Shown here piece by piece: positions 58,648 through 64,000 of a stretch of 64,000 nucleotides of DNA. The notes beneath the pieces are model-generated. The model searched no databases and was not told where the DNA came from. It saw only the letters and a list, made by a program, of their open reading frames with translations. Source of the stretch: Candidatus Thorarchaeota archaeon (GTDB lineage: Archaea > Asgardarchaeota > Thorarchaeia > Thorarchaeales > Thorarchaeaceae); NCBI GenBank assembly GCA_011364905.1, contig RDNZ01000005.1, positions 1 through 64,000 of the forward strand, given 5' to 3'. A program made the position numbers and the translations under genes. The stretch's first letter is position 1; each line of letters opens with the position of its first letter.

Positions 58648-59427
58648 CTAGCGATGAGCAATCACAACCATGCGTTCAGAATTAGAAGCATACGGAAGTC
58701 GGGGAAGAAAGTGCTGGCCGTAGAATTCCACTTTTGAGAATCCGACCTCTTCAAGCATCTCTCGAATCTCAAGGGCAGTATACACTCGGGTGTCATTATT
58801 TGAGAGCGCGTCTTTATCCATCAGGACAAGTCGATCCTCTTCCGTGTCGATAAACACAGCAGGACGACCGATGAGGACACCTGCATGTGCATCCAGAACA
58901 TGAGGCTCATTCAATAGAAAACCCTCTTCCAGTTGGGTCCAAGTCTTCTGGAACTTTGGCAAGTTGTAAGGATTCATTAGGTCAAGCAGAAGGCAGCCAC
59001 CCTCAAGCAATGCGTCATAGGTCTCTTTCAGCACATGCTTATTCATCTCATGATCAAAGAATCCAAAACTATGACTGAGCATGACTGCAGCTTTGAACTG
59101 CGATTTGAAGGACATGTCCCTCATATCGCCGGCATAGAAGTTGGTATCTACCTTGGCATCCTTTGCGCTTCTCTTTGCAAATTCAATCAAAGACTGCGCT
59201 ATGTCAAATGCTGTTACTTTGAAACCCTGCTTGGCAAATTCAATAGACTGGTATCCTGCGCCACAAGCGATATCCAGTATTTCATTGCCTTTCTTAAGAT
59301 TCAAGACCTCAATGATGAAGGATACAACGAGCTTGTCATACTGGTCAATCCCTTGAATTGATTGGCGGTGTCGTACACGAATGATTTCAGCCCAGAACTC
59401 ATCCCAGCCAAGTTCGACCTTCTCCAT
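58648..59427 (-). CDS. Class I SAM-dependent methyltransferase
   Basis: ILDIACGAG, GDMR, SFGFF, GG.LLLD; start 59427 or up to 59499. Confidence 0.88.
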   Translation of the reverse strand: MEKVELGWDEFWAEIIRVRHRQSIQGIDQYDKLVVSFIIEVLNLKKGNEILDIACGAGYQSIEFAKQGFKVTAFDIAQSLIEFAKRSAKDAKVDTNFYAGDMRDMSFKSQFKAAVMLSHSFGFFDHEMNKHVLKETYDALLEGGCLLLDLMNPYNLPKFQKTWTQLEEGFLLNEPHVLDAHAGVLIGRPAVFIDTEEDRLVLMDKDALSNNDTRVYTALEIREMLEEVGFSKVEFYGQHFLPRLPYASNSERMVVIAHR

Positions 59428-59610
59428 TGATTTGCACTTCCAATCGATGCCCTGCATTGACTTGGATATGAAGATTGTCATGGTGAAACTAGTTGTCATG
59501 AAAAGATCGGTTTCACCAATATAGGAACAGACCTAACCTATCATTGTGGATGCTGCAGTGCGTTAGAGGTCGATGAGATTATGTTCACGAACGAGAAGAA
59601 AATTAGAAAA

Positions 59611-59698
59611 TGGAGAGTCCGCATTTTTCCTTTCTCCGCCGGGAGGGACGCAGTACAACAGGAAAACTCGAAATGAGCATAACCTGCGGGCTTCTCCA
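59611..59698. ncRNA. Candidate structured non-coding RNA (unknown family)
   Basis: 13-bp terminal stem TGGAGAGTCCGCA/TGCGGGC-T-TCTCCA enclosing TTTTCCT/AGGAAAA and CTC-GAAAT-GAG. Confidence 0.4.
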
Positions 59699-59919
59699 CC
59701 TGAAACGAAGGTAAGTTATCTAAAAAACCTTTAGGTTGTCTACAAAAGTATCACTTTTGACTAATTTTCGTCAAGTCTTTCTAATTTTTGGACTGTTACT
59801 AAAAGATGAGTTGCGTATGGGAAAAAACCGGTCTTTGAACGAAATGAACAGCAAAAAATGAGGATTGCGTACCCAAATATGTGAATCAACGATATGAAAA
59901 AGGCAAATCAAGAAGTGAT

Positions 59920-59995
59920 TGGTAGCCCCGCCAGGATTTGAACCTAGGTCCGGTGGGCCAGAACCACCGATGCTGGACCACTACACCACGGGGCT
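59920..59995 (-). tRNA. tRNA-Gln(CTG), CCA encoded
   Basis: AGCCCCG/CGGGGCT acceptor stem (A1-U72), GGTGG-TTCTGGC-CCACC anticodon arm, GGTTCAAATCC T-arm. Confidence 0.96.
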
Positions 59996-60101
59996 ATGTG
60001 TGGCTCCGAAGTCTGCTAGTGTATTTTTCATCTTTTCGGTTCGAAGGCAAACTAGACGCTTCTTTTATAAAAAGACTCAGCTAAGCCATCACGATTTAGA
60101 A

Positions 60102-60848
60102 ATGCCACTCTGGTCGGAACTCACTCACGGAAACTTCAAAGAAATAGCTTGCAAAACTGAAGTTGTAGTCATGGTGACTGGAGCTCTCGAAGCTCATGGA
60201 AAGCACCTTCCTCTTGGGACAGATACAATACTTCCTGAGTCTCTCGGAACCCAGATAGCTAAGAGAACAAACGCACTAGTCCTTCCAGCAATCCCATTTG
60301 GTGAGAGCTGGTCGTTTGATCAGTACGATGGGACCATCTCGATTCAGTCAGATGTTTTGACAGGATACTATGAGTCAGTCATGACAGCCATATTCAAACA
60401 TGGATTTCATTATATTGTGGCATTGAATGGCCACGGAGGAAACGACCCGATTCTACGCCAAGCCGCGAGAAAGGCAACTCAAGAGGGGGAAAGGACAGTC
60501 GTTATCGTGAACTGGTGGAGAGATCTGGCAAAGTCTGTGCGAGAACTAGTAGAAGAAACTCCAGGAGGCCACGCGGCGGAGGATGAGACTTCTGAAGCCA
60601 TGCATGTACGCCCTGACCTCGTTGACATGACTGTTGCTGAGGCACATCGCATCGAAACGAAGTTCACCATTGTATCTGGGGCTTATCGAAAAGACCTTCT
60701 CCCATCCGCGGTTTATGGAGACCCAAGAAAAGCATCAGGGGAAAAAGGCAAAGCCATCATGGAACAGGCTGAGAAAGAACTCCTTGAGCTGATTAATCAA
60801 TTAGAACAGGGACAACTCCCTGTTGAAAAAACTAGATTCCAACCTTAA
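60102..60848 (+). CDS. Creatininase-family amidohydrolase
   Basis: EAHG.HLPLGTD, NGHGGN, HAAEDETS; real start MPLWSEL at 60102. Confidence 0.9.
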   Translation: MPLWSELTHGNFKEIACKTEVVVMVTGALEAHGKHLPLGTDTILPESLGTQIAKRTNALVLPAIPFGESWSFDQYDGTISIQSDVLTGYYESVMTAIFKHGFHYIVALNGHGGNDPILRQAARKATQEGERTVVIVNWWRDLAKSVRELVEETPGGHAAEDETSEAMHVRPDLVDMTVAEAHRIETKFTIVSGAYRKDLLPSAVYGDPRKASGEKGKAIMEQAEKELLELINQLEQGQLPVEKTRFQP

Positions 60849-61644
60849 AGATTAGGGCATCTCGAAGGACCCGTTGAAACATGCGTAGAAGGTTCTTTCC
60901 TTCAGTGGCGATAGTGTCAAATACCGGATATCCCTCCAAATCCAACATCTGGACCATATAGTCAAGGGGCAGTGCGTTTGGAAGGTCCCTCTTGTTCAAC
61001 GCCACAATGATAGGGAGTGTTGCCATCCTATCGGTACCTAATGCAATTCTGAGCTCTTGTATCGATGCAAGATTCTCATTCATCTGTTCAGGCGTAGAGT
61101 CTGCCATGAAGATTAAGCCATCACAATCTCGTAACACTTTGATTCGCTGGCTTGCATGTCGTCTCTGTCCAGCCACAGTAAAAACATCAAACACAACCAT
61201 CTCGCTCGCTGAAACCGGAACGAAGTCGAAGAAGGTCGTTCGACCGAGCTCATCATGAATCTCAATTATCTTTCCCTTGGCGAGCGAGCGAACATTAGCA
61301 AACAACCATCGGAGAGCAGTGGTCTTCCCAGAGAGAGATGGCCCATAGAAAACAATCTTGATGTGAACCCTTCCTACTTCGTCGCGTTTCAAGATATGAC
61401 CTGGTACAATCTCAGCCGCGCTTTGAGGCTTAATACTAGCCCGTCGAGCATACGCAGCGGTTGCTTCGGGATCAAAACGAACCTCCTCTGAAGAAGCGAC
61501 TAGCGTACCCATAGGTGCAGGAGTTGACTCAGGAACGGGTGGAGTTTCAACCGCAGGTTTGGCATCAACACTAACTTCTACTGATACTTCCTCTTCATCT
61601 TCAGGCTTCTTGGAGCGCCCGGTCAACCTGCGGAACACAGACAA
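60832..61644 (-). CDS. MglA-like small GTPase with N-terminal extension
   Basis: KIVFYGPSLSGKTT, RTTFFDF, TVAGQ, ADS, NKRDL, IATEG. Confidence 0.88.
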   Translation of the reverse strand: MSVFRRLTGRSKKPEDEEEVSVEVSVDAKPAVETPPVPESTPAPMGTLVASSEEVRFDPEATAAYARRASIKPQSAAEIVPGHILKRDEVGRVHIKIVFYGPSLSGKTTALRWLFANVRSLAKGKIIEIHDELGRTTFFDFVPVSASEMVVFDVFTVAGQRRHASQRIKVLRDCDGLIFMADSTPEQMNENLASIQELRIALGTDRMATLPIIVALNKRDLPNALPLDYMVQMLDLEGYPVFDTIATEGKNLLRMFQRVLRDALIFKVGI

Positions 61645-61745
61645 ACGCCTCTCCAGAATTTAGGATACTCAATCACCGTTTAAATCTTAGGGGGCTTTCA
61701 TCCGCAGTAGGCTTTATCAACTAAAAGGCTTTGGAGAGATTCATA

Positions 61746-62870
61746 ATGACAGATTTGATTGAATCAGAGTTCATCTCTAAGACATGGCCTACACTCAGTC
61801 AGATGACTTACCTGAATAATGCCTCGACTGGGATTCCACCAGTCAACGCTTTCAAAGCAATGAAGCAGTATTTGGACAATAGTGCAAATGCAGCTGGTAA
61901 AATCGAAGACACACTCAAGGCATTCAAAGAGATTCGACAGAATCTTGCTACGCTTCTTGGTGGAGATTACAACCAATATGCATTCGTGCCAAGTACTAGT
62001 GAGGGAGTCAACACAATCGCGCATAGCGTGGAATATCCTCCAGGCTCAAACGTTGTGCTCTGCGACCTCGAATTTCCAGCCAATTATGTTCCTTGGCAGA
62101 ACGCAAGCAAGCTGTACGGTTTTGACCTTCGAGTTGTAAAATCAGATGAGGGCGCGGCTCCCTTGGAATCATTCAAGGACAAGGTCGATGAAAATACAAA
62201 GGTCATTGCTGTAAGCCAGATTCAGTTTGGTACGGGATTCAGATCAGATTTGAGTAGACTCTCAAAACTTGCGCATGACAACTCTGCCATTCTATCTGTT
62301 GACGTGATTCAGGCTGCAGGATGCATCGATACAGACTTGGTGAAGTCAGGCGTAGACTTCGCAACCGGACAATCAGCGAAATGGTTGCTAGGACCTATCG
62401 GAGCAGGGTACATCTTTGTTGGGCAGTCAGTACTAGAGAAACTGCGACCTCGGTTCATTGGATGGTGGGGAGTTGAAGAGCTCATGGAGTTCGAATACCG
62501 TGAACGGACACCACTACCTGATGCACGAAAATTTCAGGTAGGATCACCATCAATGGTATCATATGTTGGATTGTTGGAATCATTGAAGACCCTACTTCAG
62601 ATTCCTGGTAAAGTTAGAGAGACAGCGGCTCTAAGTAATTCAGATTATCTCCGTAAGCGGCTCTCAGAGCGCGACATTCCATTCTATGACTTCGGTCCGG
62701 AGAACAATTCAGCTATTGTTTCCTGCAAACCCCAAGATGTTGAAAAGCTCCATGAAGAATTGTTGAAGAACAAGATTCATTGCTCTGTAAGGAATGGCAG
62801 ACTACGAATATCACCTCACTTGTATAATAATCAGGATGAGATTGACAAAATTGTCGATAATTTGAGGTGA
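61746..62870 (+). CDS. Class V PLP aminotransferase / cysteine desulfurase-like
   Basis: YLNNAS, EFPAN..PW, D.IQ, KWLLGP.G.G, RISPH.YN. Confidence 0.88.
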   Translation: MTDLIESEFISKTWPTLSQMTYLNNASTGIPPVNAFKAMKQYLDNSANAAGKIEDTLKAFKEIRQNLATLLGGDYNQYAFVPSTSEGVNTIAHSVEYPPGSNVVLCDLEFPANYVPWQNASKLYGFDLRVVKSDEGAAPLESFKDKVDENTKVIAVSQIQFGTGFRSDLSRLSKLAHDNSAILSVDVIQAAGCIDTDLVKSGVDFATGQSAKWLLGPIGAGYIFVGQSVLEKLRPRFIGWWGVEELMEFEYRERTPLPDARKFQVGSPSMVSYVGLLESLKTLLQIPGKVRETAALSNSDYLRKRLSERDIPFYDFGPENNSAIVSCKPQDVEKLHEELLKNKIHCSVRNGRLRISPHLYNNQDEIDKIVDNLR

Positions 62871-62874
62871 CTCG

Positions 62875-63561
62875 ATGCTAGATCAAATCGCAGACTCAAT
62901 CTATTTCATAGAGAGTAGGTCATTCGATTCAAACATCACCTACATCAAGTCAGGAAACCATGAGATTCTTGTGGACACAGGCACGGGGCTCTATTCATCG
63001 GCGCTTGATAGAGATTTGCAGACGCAGGGTTCATCATTGGAGTCGATAACTGACGTGGTCCTTACCCACTGCCATATCGATCATATCGGTGGCGTAGTAC
63101 CGCTCTTGGAAGTAGGATCACCAAAACTCTATCTTCACAAGGCAGAGGCCGAGTCTATTAACAGTGGCGACATGAGCCCTACGCTTAGTGACACCTTTGG
63201 AGCAGACCTCCCACTATTCAAAATTGATGTCATACTTGAAGAGGGGAGCTTGATTGACTTCGGAGATATTAGACTCAAAGTGTTCCACACACCAGGACAC
63301 TCAGCCGGGAGTATCGTGATGAGAGTGGAAGGCTCAGGAATCCTATTCACTGGAGACACGCTATTCCCCGGTGGTAGTTTTGGCAGAGTTGACTTCCCAA
63401 CTGGTGATCCGCTCAAACTTGTGGAGTCGCTTAGACGGATCTCTGAGATGGAGTTTGAGATTGGTTTGCCTGGACATATGAGTGCCATGAAGCATGACGC
63501 TCGTCGGTCTGCACTTACATCGTATCAGATGGCGAAGAATTGGTTCAATGTGAGTGGTTGA
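62875..63561 (+). CDS. MBL-fold metallo-hydrolase
   Basis: THCHIDH, TPGHS, GD, PGH. Confidence 0.9.
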   Translation: MLDQIADSIYFIESRSFDSNITYIKSGNHEILVDTGTGLYSSALDRDLQTQGSSLESITDVVLTHCHIDHIGGVVPLLEVGSPKLYLHKAEAESINSGDMSPTLSDTFGADLPLFKIDVILEEGSLIDFGDIRLKVFHTPGHSAGSIVMRVEGSGILFTGDTLFPGGSFGRVDFPTGDPLKLVESLRRISEMEFEIGLPGHMSAMKHDARRSALTSYQMAKNWFNVSG

Positions 63562-63771
63562 CAAGAACAAAATCATCATTGTAATACGGGGATAATGTGG
63601 GGTATTCTACTAAGCAAAGAATATATGAGATAAATCGTTTGAGCGTGAGTGTCGATGATGACACCATCAGTGGAAAAGCCGTCGGCATTAATGCTCAAAA
63701 CAGACTCTCAGACCATCTTGATGGCCTTGAGGGGATAAAGAATAAACAATCCATCAGTGAGTGTGGAATAT

Positions 63772-64000
63772 TTGACTGACCCTCCTCGTGACTTGGAAGA
63801 ACTACTAAAAGAGTTCAAGCCCGAGAAGAAGGCTCGTTTTCAAGCATTCGACAGGGTAATCAGTGCACTCAATACACCCAGCCAATCACTCTTTGTCACA
63901 GACAACGATAACGAGGTCGACACATTTCATCGAGAATTCGACCAATTCTTGGTTTTAACAGGAAGAATGGAGGAAGGTGGAGAACGACCATATCATATGG
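63772..64000 (+). CDS. Hypothetical protein, 3'-truncated by window edge
   Basis: Frame from TTG 63772 (MTDPPRDLEELLKEF...) stays open to the end of the window. Confidence 0.45.
   Translation, partial: MTDPPRDLEELLKEFKPEKKARFQAFDRVISALNTPSQSLFVTDNDNEVDTFHREFDQFLVLTGRMEEGGERPYHM

Noticed and set aside
59919-60101. N-terminal 61 aa of the 309-aa creatininase ORF (MVAPPGFEPRSGG...)
   Set aside because: It is largely the antisense translation of tRNA-Gln; the real start is ATG 60102
820-63779. Numerous 60-150 aa ORFs antisense to or nested in confident genes (e.g. 1912-2352, 7639-7950, 21066-21458, 39283-39732, 42465-42875)
   Set aside because: Shadow ORFs with no independent evidence

Overview
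Gene-dense archaeal chromosomal window. It is most consistent with an Asgard archaeon, probably Thorarchaeia; this is inferred from Rab-like and MglA-like GTPases, a roadblock protein, WD40 and HEAT/appendage proteins, two EF-2 paralogues, arcTGT, Tes and an A1-U72 tRNA-Gln. It holds about 45 CDS and one tRNA. I found no CRISPR array, rRNA or transposase. Highlights: (1) A minus-strand run at 6.1-8.4 kb encodes roadblock, a CxxC thioredoxin that aligns without gaps to KaiB, and two single-domain KaiC ATPases. One resembles CI with its B-loop, the other CII with a Ser at the phospho-site. The run lies head-to-head with a Rab-like GTPase. (2) The adjoining Rab / WD40 / HEAT-appendage / Rab cassette looks like a proto-coat module. 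(3) A metF-mtrH-mtrA-mtrH-mmp14-cofE operon suggests a soluble corrinoid methyl shuttle with its own reactivase-like ATPase. (4) Three GIFT-domain surface proteins, two carrying phosphoesterase domains, lie divergent from an ABC importer. (5) Also present: a circularly permuted peptide-binding protein, two reciprocally diverged EF-2s, and several unannotated structured non-coding elements, including a ~100 bp repeat at 13.95 and 47.85 kb. All family calls are by eye from recalled motifs; no searches were run.
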